NCBI RefSeq assembly: GCF_041146345.1 | Contig: NW_027191407.1 | Span: 62,001 to 126,000, forward strand | Length of the DNA: 64,000 nucleotides | From: Neodothiora populina | Taxonomy: Eukaryota | Reading direction: 5' to 3' | In this document: positions 36,179 to 48,012 of the stretch, piece by piece | Numbering within the stretch: the first letter of the stretch is position 1 | How the letters are laid out: each line of letters starts with the position of its first letter | Made by a program: the position numbers and the translations under genes | The notes under the pieces: generated by a model | Databases searched by the model: none | Told to the model about the DNA's origin: nothing | Seen by the model: only the letters and a program-made list of their open reading frames with translations

Positions 36179-37069
36179 TCACTCCTCAGGACATTTGACA
36201 CCATCGGGGTGCTTATGATAGGCACATTTGTGCAGCCTCAACAACCCCTTCTGCGATTCAAATGCCCCGGTATCTTCCTCCGCGTCGAATTCGTTGAGCA
36301 GAGAAACCACTCCGCCACCAATAACACTGTCTTTGCCCTCACCACCTTCTCCCGTCCAGAACTTCAAATGCTGTTGCACAACCCCCAACCCGGTACTAAC
36401 CATGAACCGATCTCTCACAGCTAACGCACAGGTGACGTCCTCATAAACCTTCTGCAACAATGATCCCTCCTCCAACGCCCGCACCATAATATCAACAACT
36501 TCGTTCAGGCCGTCTGTGTCCTTGGCATCCCCCAAGCGCATCAGATTTGCAATTTCCATCCTCTCGAAGAAGACATCACAGACCCTGTTCATCAACGCAG
36601 GCATCTCATGCTTATCAGCCCACTTCCAGATTTCAGCGAGCAGTTGGCCGGGAAGTGCCTCGTCTATGGTGCCATCGTGGTCGAACAAGACGCTCGTGTA
36701 AAGCCAGCTGTACACTGTATCGACAACATTGGGCACCTCCTCCTCGACGTGGACAACCGGCGGATCCGAGACGAGTCGGGTGAGGAAGTAAGGCGAGTAG
36801 AACGCTAGGAGACCAGTGTGGATGTCAAAGCTCTGTTCTGGAGAGACTGTCGAATGGGTGGAGACGATGACCTTGACGAAAGGTGTGTACTGAAGAATAC
36901 TAGAAGTTCATGTTAGCTCTGCGGCTTGGTTGGGTTTGTATGATTGCAATTGGGCAGCATGCCTTGGAGGTAGAATCCCTGGGATCGAGGCGTCCAAGCA
37001 ATTGTTGTTCTTTATGGACAGCAATCGCGCTTTTTCGATCTCTGGGCTGAGAGAGTAATTGTGTTCCAT
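36179..37069 (-). CDS. Divergent BTB/POZ-domain protein; 2 exons
   Basis: VKVIVS...FDIHTGLLAFYSPYF...VYSWLYT...IWKWADKHEMPALMN pattern and C-terminal CAYHKH. The 5' exon needs a GC-AG intron at 36900-36962. Confidence 0.72.
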
Positions 37070-37479
37070 AGTAATATGTTTAGCATTCTAGGTCAATGAT
37101 GGTAGGTTTGCACAAGCACATCTGAAGTGACCTATGTGTGAGGTTTTGTTTATCATGTGCCACGCCCGTGAGGTGGAAGTGGAATGCGCCTTCCAGAAGT
37201 GTAACTCCCCAAATGTCGCACTTGTAAACATGGTCTAAACAGGCATACCATGTGGAAGGTGAAAGAAGTCCGCGGACGAGCGACTCGTTTATGTGGTATC
37301 TAAAATCAAAACGCGCTAAATCAGAATCAGACCGAACATGCTATGCTACATTGCTGTACCAAGATCACCACTCTATGAGGATTATAAGTGAACACACACC
37401 TTGCGAGCATGCATGCGTCTGATCCGCCATTGTGGTGTTAAAAACCATGCCAATCGCCGAGTAGACCAGCCTCTAGAGG

Positions 37480-39730
37480 TCAGAGCTTCGCCAGCACCGG
37501 CTTTTCGACTTCCAATGCACCGCTCATCTTGTACTTATCCTCTTCATTTTCACCCAGTATCTCATCCCCGTACAAAAGCGTTTCTCGACCACCCCGGCTT
37601 GTCCACCAATCGACACATATTTGACTTCTCTCAGGGTCCATTTCGCCCCCGACAAGCGTGTCCCAGAAATGTCTTTTACAATGATCTCGCATGCTGAGAT
37701 CTGGGATACAGTTGATAAGAGCAGCCGTCAATGGGAGCCATTCCTCAAGAAGAGAGTGCGATAGAGATGGCAACGAGTCCACAATGGTCGAGATAAGCAC
37801 TGCCTGCTCGGAAAATTTGGGCATGATCGGTTCCTCAGCTTCGGCTAGAGGCGATGCTATTGACCCCTGGGTGGTAGGTAGTGGCAGCGCAGAAGTTGGC
37901 GCGGACCGTACTCGATCGTGGACGATCTCAAGTAGCGTTGCTGCAAGCATTGGTTGGCTTGCTGCGATTCTTGATGGAGGTGAAGTGAGACGGATGAGGT
38001 TCTTGAAGGCAAATCTGAATTGACGCGGTGAAAGATTATGAGGGAAGACCTATGACCATGATGAGTGTCGTATTTTCAAGACGAATGAGAAAGCTAACCT
38101 GAAACAGTGCATCAACATAGAAGGGCAGATGCTTAGTAGTAATATCAACATTCTGCGGGGTAGAGAACACAGCCAGCATGTTACTATGTGCAGCCTCAAA
38201 GATTGGCAAAAGCTTCGGATTGCCGCCGGAAGTTAGGTACGGCATTGCCGCTGCTATCACTAGTTGCTCGCTGATGCTGGGGGTTAATCCGAATGACAAC
38301 TGCTCCGCTGTATTCAAGAAGAAAAGATCGAGACAACGTTCCAGCGGATGGTCTGGAATACTGCCAAGCTCTGAAGGGGCGGTTGACTTCAGAAAGTCTT
38401 CTGCGTCCAACGGGTATGATGCTAAGACGTCGAGAGCGGCGAGATAAGTAAAGGTATACTGTGAGAAAGCTGTAGAGCCAAGGCGAGAATGTATGAAGCT
38501 GAGACTGCGGAAAGCATGTAGCGTTTCTTGTGCCATGTGTGGTGCATCTGAGTTGTCATTAGTGGGTTGGATATACGTTGCAAACGAAGACTCACTGTCA
38601 TTGGTTGCGAGGACGCCATCCCCCATCAGTCGACCAACAGCACTTCGGAAGACGATCACCACAGCAAACAGAGTCGACCGCAGCAGCTTCCATAAAGTAG
38701 GTACAGTGATCTGGCGAGCCTCGTCAAGTAGATACTCAACCTCTTCCGAGGCATCAATCTCGGATAGTTTGTTCTGCCGCCACTGCATGAGGAGTCGTCT
38801 TGAGAAGTCTGCTAGATCTTCAACCGCGGAAAGTACCAGCCAAGAATCTTGGACATGTTCAAGTGTATGAGATATGAGCCTGGACAATGGGCCTAAGTTC
38901 GAGATCAGGGGGCTTGTTAATATGGTGTTGACTTGTTGGTATGAGCCCGAGGTTTTAGACCAGTTGAACTGCTGACTCGACACTTGCCGGACATCTGGAT
39001 CTGCTGCACCTATGAAGTAGCCAGAGCGAAGACCATTGACGCTATGCAACATTGAAGTCATCAATATAGGCATCAGTCTGTCGTATTCGATTTTCGATCG
39101 TTCGATATCAGACAGATAGGTGAAAGAGTGGTTCAGTACAAGCGCAATCTCGCAATGTGATAAGTCATCGGCGTGCTGCGATTCTTGCAGCGCCAGATTC
39201 GCCGCTTTCACGAGCGCACTCCGCAGAGTCTCCCCAAAGTGCCTCGATAGTATTTCGTCGTCTTGGTTTCCGAAGCCGACGAGCATACCACCGAGCACGA
39301 GCAGGTGACGCGAGGCGCTGGACTGCTCATCCGCGCCCTTTATCACTGCATGCGTCCATTCTGTGAGGGACAAGTGTGATTCAATATTTGGAACGACAGG
39401 CACGTTTCGCCCACGTTCGTTCAGCGCACGTTCTCGCTCTAGAAACCGCAAGGCCGAGGAGTGAAAGACTCCCATGAAACTGAGTGAAGTACGCAATCCA
39501 TCTGGATTACTCCAAAGGGCCGGGGCTACAAGCAGCTGACTTGTCAAAAGTGTAACATTGCGAGGGTTATTCAACGATGTCAGTAGCGAGACAGCAGTGC
39601 CTAATAGGCTACTATTGTTAGTTCGGAGTATACATTGGGGTTCTTATAAGACGTGCCGTGGAATATCTTGCTGGTCCGAGTATATTTGCAGGGCTCGAAG
39701 CAGAGCGCTCAGGAGTCTATCGGATGACAT
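37480..39730 (-). CDS. PEX8: Peroxin 8; multi-exon, C-terminal PTS1 (AKL)
   Basis: MSSDRLLSALLRALQ, LNNPRNVTLLTSQLL, QWRQNKLSEIDASEE, GEMDPERSQICVDWW, terminal AKL. Confidence 0.9.
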
Positions 39731-40084
39731 TCTGTATCAGCGCTCGATAGGCACTCGTTTTCTTCGTGGCTTAAGATGGTGGACCATATCAGTGTTGTCG
39801 TCAGTGAATGGCAGAGAAGGCCAATGCCTCGGCTCGACGATATAGGACTACTGCCATTCCGGTGGAAGCTGCGGATATGAGCTCGGGCCAGGCAGATAAG
39901 CTACTGTAGCCAGCGCTGTTGCTGAACAATATACCCAACCTTGACATGAGGAATGCCGAACCCACAATCAAAGAACTCGGAGAAAGCTTGAGGTTGTAGG
40001 ACGTATTGACATGTGAATGCTCAAATGGACAGACATATGAGTCTCCACATAAGTGATCCAGCTGTATGTAATCATTCGGCCTTT

Positions 40085-40112
40085 CCATCCATCCATCCAT
40101 CCATCCATCCAT
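40085..40112. repeat. (CCAT)7 microsatellite
   Basis: Seen directly in the divergent promoter between PEX8 and the enoyl-CoA hydratase gene. Confidence 0.95.
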
Positions 40113-40385
40113 CGCATAATTAAGGTACCTTGATGATGATGACGAAGGTCTTTCCCCGTATTTATTGACATATGAGCTCCACCCCCTCATTGAACATCGC
40201 CAAGACTACCGCAGATCATTCAACTGAATATATTCAAATACATTACTCCATCTCGGACTATTCACCAAACACCATTCCCTTGCTACGGCTTTCTTTCTCG
40301 CTCTTTTTCGCGCCAAATTGTTGAAATATCGACAGGCATAGGGCTCCACCCGTGCACTTTGTGACAACAAGCAGACTCACGAAAG

Positions 40386-41313
40386 ATGCTCGGCCTACGA
40401 GCAAGGTCATACCCGGCACGCTTTGTGAAGACAAGCTCGCTCAGGATCCAGAGACCTTATTCTTCTGCAGCAGAACACAACTATGAGCACATCCAAGTGT
40501 CGACACCGAAGCCCGGCGTGGGGCTCATCACACTACACCGACCGAAAGCACTGAACGCGTTATTCACGCCCTTGATCAACGAACTGAACACATGCACCCG
40601 CGCCATGGATGCCGATGCGTCAATCGGCGCTATTGTCATCACCGGGTCCGCCAAAGCCTTTGCGGCAGGGGCTGACATCAAGGAGATGGCTCCCAAGACG
40701 TTTGCGGATGCTTACGGGGACGACTTTATCGAGTCGTGGTCGGACCTGATGCGCATCAAGAAGCCCGTCATTTCTGCCGTGAACGGGTATGCGTTAGGCG
40801 GAGGCTGCGAGCTGGCGATGATGGCGGACATCATCTATTGTAGCAAGGGTGCAACCTTCGGTCAGCCGGAGATCAAGCTGGGCGTTATTCCCGGTGCGGG
40901 TGGTTCGCAGAGGCTGACGAAAGCCATTGGCAAAAGCAAGGCCATGGAGCTGATCCTCACGGGCGAGAACTTCTCGGGTGTCCAGGCGGAGCAATGGGGA
41001 CTCGCGGCAAAGGCTTTTGACGATGCCGATGCCTGCGTGGAAGGTGCGCTGAAGACTGCGGAGAAGATCGCAAGCTATAGTCGCATCGCTGTCAAGGCAG
41101 GCAAGGAGGCCGTGAACAAGAGCCAGGATCTAGGTGTCAGAGAAGGCATTGAGCATGAGAGGAGAATCTTCCACTCGCTTTTCGGTAGTAGAGACCAGAA
41201 GATCGGTAAGATAACTTTCCCTGAGAAAATATCCATGTGCCTGGTGACTGACCCTCTGTGTAGGCATGGAAGCTTTTGCCGCAAAGAAAAAGGCCGAGTG
41301 GACAAACTCGTAG
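40386..41313 (+). CDS. echA: Mitochondrial enoyl-CoA hydratase; 2 exons
   Basis: AFAAGADIKEM, NGYALGGGCELAMMAD, FGQPEIKLG; intron 41206-41263 gives DQKIGMEAFAAKKKAEWTNS. Confidence 0.93.
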
Positions 41314-41499
41314 ATATGATACTCATAGTGTTCGCGATCTCCAGCGATGTTCAAAAGAAACTACTCTATACCACTCCTTGCAGCACTCACATCACGTCAG
41401 CGACTTTCTTGCGCCATTGACCACTTGGAAGTTACAACAAGTGTTGATCTCCGTGCCTATCTACTTGCAGGGCTACTGTATACGTGGGAATCATGCTGC

Positions 41500-42654
41500 T
41501 CATATCTTGGAAGTTATGCTCCCGGTCTTGAACTCCGTGGACGGCGTGGCCAGAACCTCGGTGATGAACCTCACGGCTTCAGTCTGCATCTTGGGACTGA
41601 ACTCGTGACCTGCTTGTTCATCGACGATGTCTTCGAGTGTAATGTCGCAGTTCTTCGCCCATCCACCTTCCTTGATCGCATTCTTCAGGAAGGTCAAGAA
41701 AGGTTCGCTCTGGCTGTAAGGAACCAGTTTGTCTGCTCCGCCAGAAAGACACATGATCTTCTTTCCGCCCAGGGTTTTCTTCAGTATGGCTCCCACTCTC
41801 TCCTTGTCCTTGTCGCTCAGCTCTTGCGTGTAGTCGATCTTCGCGGCGTCCAGCTCGCCCAGCAATAATCCTGCGGGGTCATATTTGCCTACCGCCTCGA
41901 TAAGGCCCTTGGGGAAATCCTTTGAGCCCAAGAAGTTCTTGCCTCCTTTTGCCGAGGTCCACGAGTCGAGTTTCGTCTTGCGCGCCCTTTGTGACATTAG
42001 ACGTGTGAAGTCGGGGCACCCGATGACAACAACACCGGTTGTGATGCGGGGGTCTTGCAAGAGACAGTGCCAGACCGAGTGACCGCCTAGCGAAACGCCC
42101 AGAGCAAGGTGCTGCGTCAGTGTGCGTTCACCGGTAGGAAAGATATACGAAGAGAGATAATCGATCAAGATCGAGGTATCGCGTGCAGTTCCATCTGTTG
42201 TGTCTGTCGTCAGCTCTCATCCTCGAAACCCTGTGACTAATGACAGAAACATACGGAAGATAGAGAACATGTCCGGGGCATGTGCAGGATTGCCTCCCTT
42301 CCAAGACTGATTGGCGCGCTCATTGACTTCTCTGGTCCCATGATTTCTCTGATCGAAAGAGACAGCGATCAACCCTTTCCTCTGCTTCTTCCCACCCGCT
42401 TCTTCCTCGTCTCTCTTCTTGTTCCACTCCAGAATGACATTGGCAGCCACGGGCGCCATGATGGTGTGCTTCTGCAGTCGAGGGTGCAGCAGCCATAGAC
42501 AGGCGACATCCGTTGCCGAAGCCGATAGTTCGTCCAGGCCGTACACGGTCGCCAGGATGCCTGCGATGTGATGTTCGGTTGCTGAAACCCGCGCGGACCC
42601 GTAGTCGTGGCGGTTGCTGCCGCCCATTTGGTTCGGGGTGTTTTCTGTGGCCAT
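41500..42654 (-). CDS. Alpha/beta hydrolase with PTS1-like C-terminus (SKI); 2 exons
   Basis: FDQRNHG, GVSLGGH elbow, GGADKLVP, AGHEF. Confidence 0.85.
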
Positions 42655-43977
42655 GATGAAGGTGGGGCCGGATCAGTGAGGGGATGATGGTGGTTGTTGT
42701 TGTTGTTGTTGTCGTGAGGTTGGTAGTATGTTATCTATTATCGGGCCAGAAGCTGCCTGCAGCTGACGACTGGGAGATGATCTTAGGTGAGTAGAGAGGG
42801 GAAGATGGATAGAGATAGGAATGTCTAGGAGGGTGGGCAGGATAGGACCAGTAAATACTGCCAGAAGCTTGAGCCGAGGATCATCTTCTCGATTGTGGAA
42901 CTCGTTATCTCCGAAGTCCGGAGGGGGAACGTCGCAATACCTTCGACTTCTGCCCATCTGATATACCTATGCTAACGCATGAGACTCGTCACCGCAACTT
43001 GATGTGCGATTGAACGAAAGGATTAGAACGCCTTCTACCCTCTTGCTGCAATCTTACCGACTGTATCCCTGATACCTCAGTTCTACTTATACTTTGACGT
43101 GATATAGCCCTTTACAGAATTGGCAGCTGGAATCAATATACAGATGTGCAGATGCACGGCCGTTGACGATTGTTTACAGATGGAAGAGCAGGTATATTGT
43201 TTGCATTGAAGTGGTTGAATGATTTATTACCTTGAATTAACCAGCAGACTGGTCGATGGCCCTATCTCAGTCGCCGTTCCTGATATCGATGCTCTTGTTT
43301 CTGCACTTGAATAGTCCGCAAGAAATGAGGTAGCAGGATCGGGCCAGCCGCATCTGTGTACCTGATATCTTGCGATCCTCGGGCCAGTTCTAAGCCACCG
43401 CTGATAGGGAAGTATCTGACCAGCAACTTGCACTGTGAAGTGTTCCCTCATACCAGTGAAGCGCCGTGTCCACCCTTCCATTGGCCTGCTGGCTTGTGTA
43501 TCGTGGATTTCGAAGAGACGACGCTGGTCTATCCCTTTTTCCAAGCATTGTCCGAGAGATAGTCCACCTCTACAACACGTCCCTATCTATCCGTGGCTGC
43601 AAAGGGTTGACACAAGTGACGTCACCAGTAGCGACGGTGGTCAGCAATAGCGGGCGACCAAGAGTCAGCCGAGTGGGCGAGATCGGGTCGACGACGGGCA
43701 GAGAGGGGCGAGGAGACGCTGATCAATGTCTCGCCGTGCCGTCCGGGGTGATGCCAGCTCAAAAAGCACTGAGTGTGCTAAGGGGAAAGACGTGTTACTT
43801 TAGCCCGAGCTCGTTGTTTATTTGGTAGCCCAGCTCGTGGAATCCGTTGTTCCCTTCCGGATCTCCTAATATGAGTAGCTTCATATCTGAGATGAAGCCG
43901 ACTCGTCATATCTGCTGAGATGAATCCATGTATCGGCCAAGCGTCGTGTTGTGTATATGCAGAGAGAAAACCGCTGC

Positions 43978-44401
43978 TCATAGGCTAGCGGCGGCTTCGA
44001 CAGCACCTGCAGCCTTGAAAGCTCCAGGACTTGTGATTTCGATGCTGACAGGGTATTTCCATTCCATGAACTTAGCCCAACCTAGAGACAGAGGAACACG
44101 AGATCAGTAAAGACCATGTCGACGTGGTGGAATGTAATGCCGAAAACATACCCCAATAAGCAGCTTTCCGCCCAAAGTATTTGCCCAGGTAGGGCATGAG
44201 GACCATGGTCAGGATGAGCTCGAGTTGTTGCAGCGATTCCTTCCATTCTCGCTCTGCCTCGCTCGAGTAGTACTCCTCTGAGGGGCTCATTGAGGTTGTG
44301 CTGGCCGACGTCGAGGGCAGAGAGTCCACGTCCTCGTGGTCGGATGAGGAGGCGTGGCTGGGTGAATTGGAAGAGATGTTCTGGTAAGATCGGTCGGACA
44401 T
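43978..44401 (-). CDS. MIM2: Mitochondrial import protein Mim2; 2 exons
   Basis: AEREWKESLQQL...PYLGKYFGRKAAYWG|WAKFMEW motif. Confidence 0.8.
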
Positions 44402-44637
44402 GATTGCGGTGGACGACGTTGGCGAAGATGTGTCTTGGTCTTTTGTGTCAATGGTAGCAATGCTTGAGCCAAGATACAGTAGGACAGGCCCTGTGAACAA
44501 GGTACAGTGAGTTGTATGAGGCAAGTGCCAGTAGATCCTGCCAAGATCTCAAGCTGCCAAGTCCTGGCTGCCGAGGTCTGAGCTCATCAAGGTGAAGCTG
44601 TCATCGTTCAGTCAGTTTCCCTCCACCGAACAATACA

Positions 44638-45651
44638 ATGTCGTCCACAGAAGTGCTTATATTCGGGGCTGGAGCAGTCGGTGCCTTCTACGGGTCGCGG
44701 ATTGCACAAGCTGGCGCCAATGTATCGTGCGTTTGCCGGTCAAATTACTCTGCGGTCAAGTCCAATGGCTTCAAGGTCAACTCCCCACAATACGGGAGTT
44801 ACGAGTGGACTCCGACGCGGACATTTGCCAACCCAGACGAAGCACAGAAGAGCAACGTGAAGTGGGACTATATAGTCGTCAGCACGAAAGCACTACCGGA
44901 TGTGAGCGATGATTCGAAGCAGCTGGAAGGCTTGGTGAGCGAGGATACCTCGATCGTCTTGATACAGAATGGCCTTGGCGTCGAACAACCATATATGAAG
45001 CGCTTCCCTCATGCTGCCATCTTGTCGGCGGTGACAGTTGTGTCGGCAGCTCAACCCAAGCACGGCATCATTGATCACAATCGATGGACCAGAATCAACG
45101 TCGGTCCGTTCTCACCCGATCACGTCTCGGCGCAGGCGTCTGGCACTGCGACAGCTCGTACCGAGACTTTTGTGGAATTGCTAAACAAAGGTGGCGTCAA
45201 GGATGCATCAGCATACTCTCACGCAAAGCTCCAGATGGTACGATGGCATAAGATCGCGATCAACGCATCCATGAACCCAAGTTCTGTACTGTCAGGCGGC
45301 AGTGCCAACTCAGCCATGGCATTGGATGACGAACTGTACATCCACCTGAAGGGCGTGATGGACGAGGTGCTTGAAACAGCTCCGAAGGTGTTGAAGACGC
45401 CGTTGCCATCGGCGTTCGCCACTTCTGAGGCGCTCTTGAAGAGCACGCGGAAGAACACCAGCGGCAGTAAGCCCAGTATGTGGCTAGATTGGGAGGCAGG
45501 TAAGAGGATGGAGATAGAAGTCATCCTTGGCAATCCGATCAGGCTGGCGAGAGAGGCTGGTTTCGAGATGCCCAGGCTGCAGAGTCTGTACGCTCTGCTC
45601 AAGATGGCGCAAGCGAACCGAGAGCGATCGAAGAGAGCTAGCAAGCTGTAA
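44638..45651 (+). CDS. Ketopantoate reductase family protein (PanE/ApbA) with C-terminal SKL
   Basis: GAGAVG, STKALPD, LIQNGLG, RWHKIAINASMNP, KPSMWLD, MEIEVILG. Confidence 0.9.
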   Translation: MSSTEVLIFGAGAVGAFYGSRIAQAGANVSCVCRSNYSAVKSNGFKVNSPQYGSYEWTPTRTFANPDEAQKSNVKWDYIVVSTKALPDVSDDSKQLEGLVSEDTSIVLIQNGLGVEQPYMKRFPHAAILSAVTVVSAAQPKHGIIDHNRWTRINVGPFSPDHVSAQASGTATARTETFVELLNKGGVKDASAYSHAKLQMVRWHKIAINASMNPSSVLSGGSANSAMALDDELYIHLKGVMDEVLETAPKVLKTPLPSAFATSEALLKSTRKNTSGSKPSMWLDWEAGKRMEIEVILGNPIRLAREAGFEMPRLQSLYALLKMAQANRERSKRASKL

Positions 45652-46039
45652 ATATAACCTGGTTCTCGCTGTCATATTATACGACTAAATGATTCAATCA
45701 TCCACACTACTAGCAGAGTATCACTATTCCTTCATGATATGGTTGCCCTGAACTCGGTCTGAAAAGTGTTAGAAACTCCTTTAGATTGACCACTCTTGCC
45801 CCCTAAACATATCTGCTGTCTGGTGCTATAAAGAAGCAAAGAAGAGCTGTTCGAACACATGAGCTGAAAACATTGGGAGATGGAAGTGAGGTGTAGAATG
45901 CAATGATGCGGAATATCAAGTAAATTAAAGTTTGTATTGTTAGCTTCGTGTGTTTTGGGGTATCTCAAGTGCTATTCTTGAACCAATGAGACCATCATCT
46001 TCTCATCCTGAAAGCATTGATGCGAACAAAGTTTTACAT

Positions 46040-47390
46040 TCAAGCGACTGTCTCGCCAAGCTCATCAATCAGGCTCTCGTCGGTCTTGATGGGACCTTCG
46101 CCGACACTGGTGAGAATGACGCGACTGATGCCGTTTCGGAGACGAGAAGCAGCGACTTCGGGTTCCGCAGGGAGCGGCGATGAAGTGACAGATTGACCAC
46201 GGGCGCCTTCCCATCCATCCTTTGCCTGCAGGATAGCCTTGAAGGGCGCGAGAACACTGGTTTCGTGCTCGGCAAGGTAGTAGACAACGGCGTTGGGGCC
46301 GGCGTCGAAGGTGTAGGCCGCAATGGTCTTGCCGGCGTTGGCGTTGATGGCCTCGACCATAGCAATGGCGGCGCGGCTGGTGTCGTTCATGTAGAAAATG
46401 GGAGGATCCGTGTCGAGACATGTGGCGTGAAAGCTGTTGCTGTCCTTTGTCGTCAGAGCAGCAAAAGAGGCAAAGTCCCTCTCGGCGATGGCCTTCTTCA
46501 TCTCTTCCATTCTCTTGGGCACGGTGTTTGTAATGCGCTCGTTGAACAGAGTCGAAGTCTTGACCGTTGCCTGCATTCCAGAGGTGCTGCTGACGTCCTT
46601 CTTCTCTGCGCTAGCGACAAGGATGATTGCGCGCATTTCAGGCCAGTGGCTAGCAGGGGCGACTTCGTAGGCGACACTGTCGGATCCATCTTCCTCCTTG
46701 CCCATCTCCCATGCGACGTAGCCGCCGAAGAGCGAGCGACAGGCGGAACCCGATCCCTGGCGCGCGATCCTGCTGAGTTCTGTAGGGGTCGACTTGAGTT
46801 GGTAGAGATTGGCGATGGCGCGCACAAGAGCAGCGAAGCCGGCGGCGCTGGACGCAAGACCGGCGGCGGTAGGGAAGTTGTTCTGCGACACGATTTCGAG
46901 GGGGTAGGTCGACAGAGGTGAGAGGGACGAGTCGCTGTCCTCGAGCGTCTTGCGCAGAGATCTGAGTTCGCGGAGACAGGCTTGCGTTCGTGCACCCGAG
47001 ATGTCCTGGGAGGCGCCATTCAGCAACAGCGAGTCGGACTGGTATGCCGGACTGCAAGAGGCCGTCGTGTGCGTGCGGAGGTCATCTTGGGACAAAGTCA
47101 CCGAGAGCGACGAGTTGGTAGGCAAGTTAAGCTTGGCATCGCGTTTTCCCCAGTACCTGATTTATTGTCAGATGGTTGAGTTGTTGATGATTTTAGTCTG
47201 ATATGTTGTAATTGCAGCAAGGTGTTGCACACACCATGATTGGTAGAGAGGAGGGGAAGACACGTAAAAGGCCAGAAGAGGAAAGACAAAAGGGGATCGA
47301 AGGAAAGAAACAGGGCAGGAGCGCTCACTTGATGACGGCAATATTTACAGGTGCAAACGTGCTTGCACGGTAGACTTTGGTGTCGGCCAT
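46040..47390 (-). CDS. MVD1: Diphosphomevalonate decarboxylase; 2 exons
   Basis: APVNIAVIK|YWGKRD, NNFPTAAGLASSAAG, RQGSGSACRS, YTFDAGPN. Confidence 0.97.
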
Positions 47391-48012
47391 TGGGTTGTTG
47401 ACAAGAATTATGATTTTCTCGTCACTGTTGCTTATCGTGAAACAAAAAGATATTCAGGCACAGAAAGCAGTGACTGGACTTTGTTGACGAGTTGCACAAA
47501 GTTCAGGTACAGCACTACTACCAAGGAGCTCGTGTCTAGTGATTGACCCTCTGGCGGGGTCAACCGAAGTCCAGCCGCGCCCTCATTGCTTCACCTCAGG
47601 CCAAGAAGCACCCCTGAACCAGAACACTCTAAGACAATAAAGGTAATCAATGACTCGAACCTCGCAGGTCGGTCTATGTTTCCATCTTGGAGGGAATGAC
47701 CGCCATGATCATAAAAGCGTGTACAAGGTAAGTGAGGTGCCTTAGATATGGGGAAGTTGCAACTGCAGGGGTGACAGTAAGGCACCTCGGCAACTCGAAG
47801 CGCCGACGGTCGCGAGGGTCCTTTGTGAGGTACTGGGTACCTAGTTTATACAAATAGACAAATAGATGTTGTTATCACAACACGAGCTTCGCTTATCGCT
47901 GTGTCCCTCATACTTCATAGCTGCCTCAGGTCGCAACGGCTATCCTCGAATCGCATAGATCACAAAATCCGACCATCTCGGACATGTGAAATCAGCCGTC
48001 GACGTAACAATC

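Noticed and set aside
41206..41420. Extended C-terminus of enoyl-CoA hydratase (344-aa ORF), and likewise of SCD1 to 54120
   Set aside because: Artefacts of reading through clear terminal introns; the spliced forms give plausible protein ends.
42960..43970. Short ORFs or a possible ncRNA in long intergenic stretches (also 59450-60750 and 28320-29080)
   Set aside because: No coding motifs, convincing splice patterns, or snRNA, tRNA, SRP or RNase P signatures recognised.
18909..47390. Possible isoprenoid gene cluster (thiolase, COQ7, DSC2, NUS1, MVD1)
   Set aside because: Spread over 28 kb among unrelated housekeeping genes, with no terpene synthase or tailoring enzymes; chance is sufficient.
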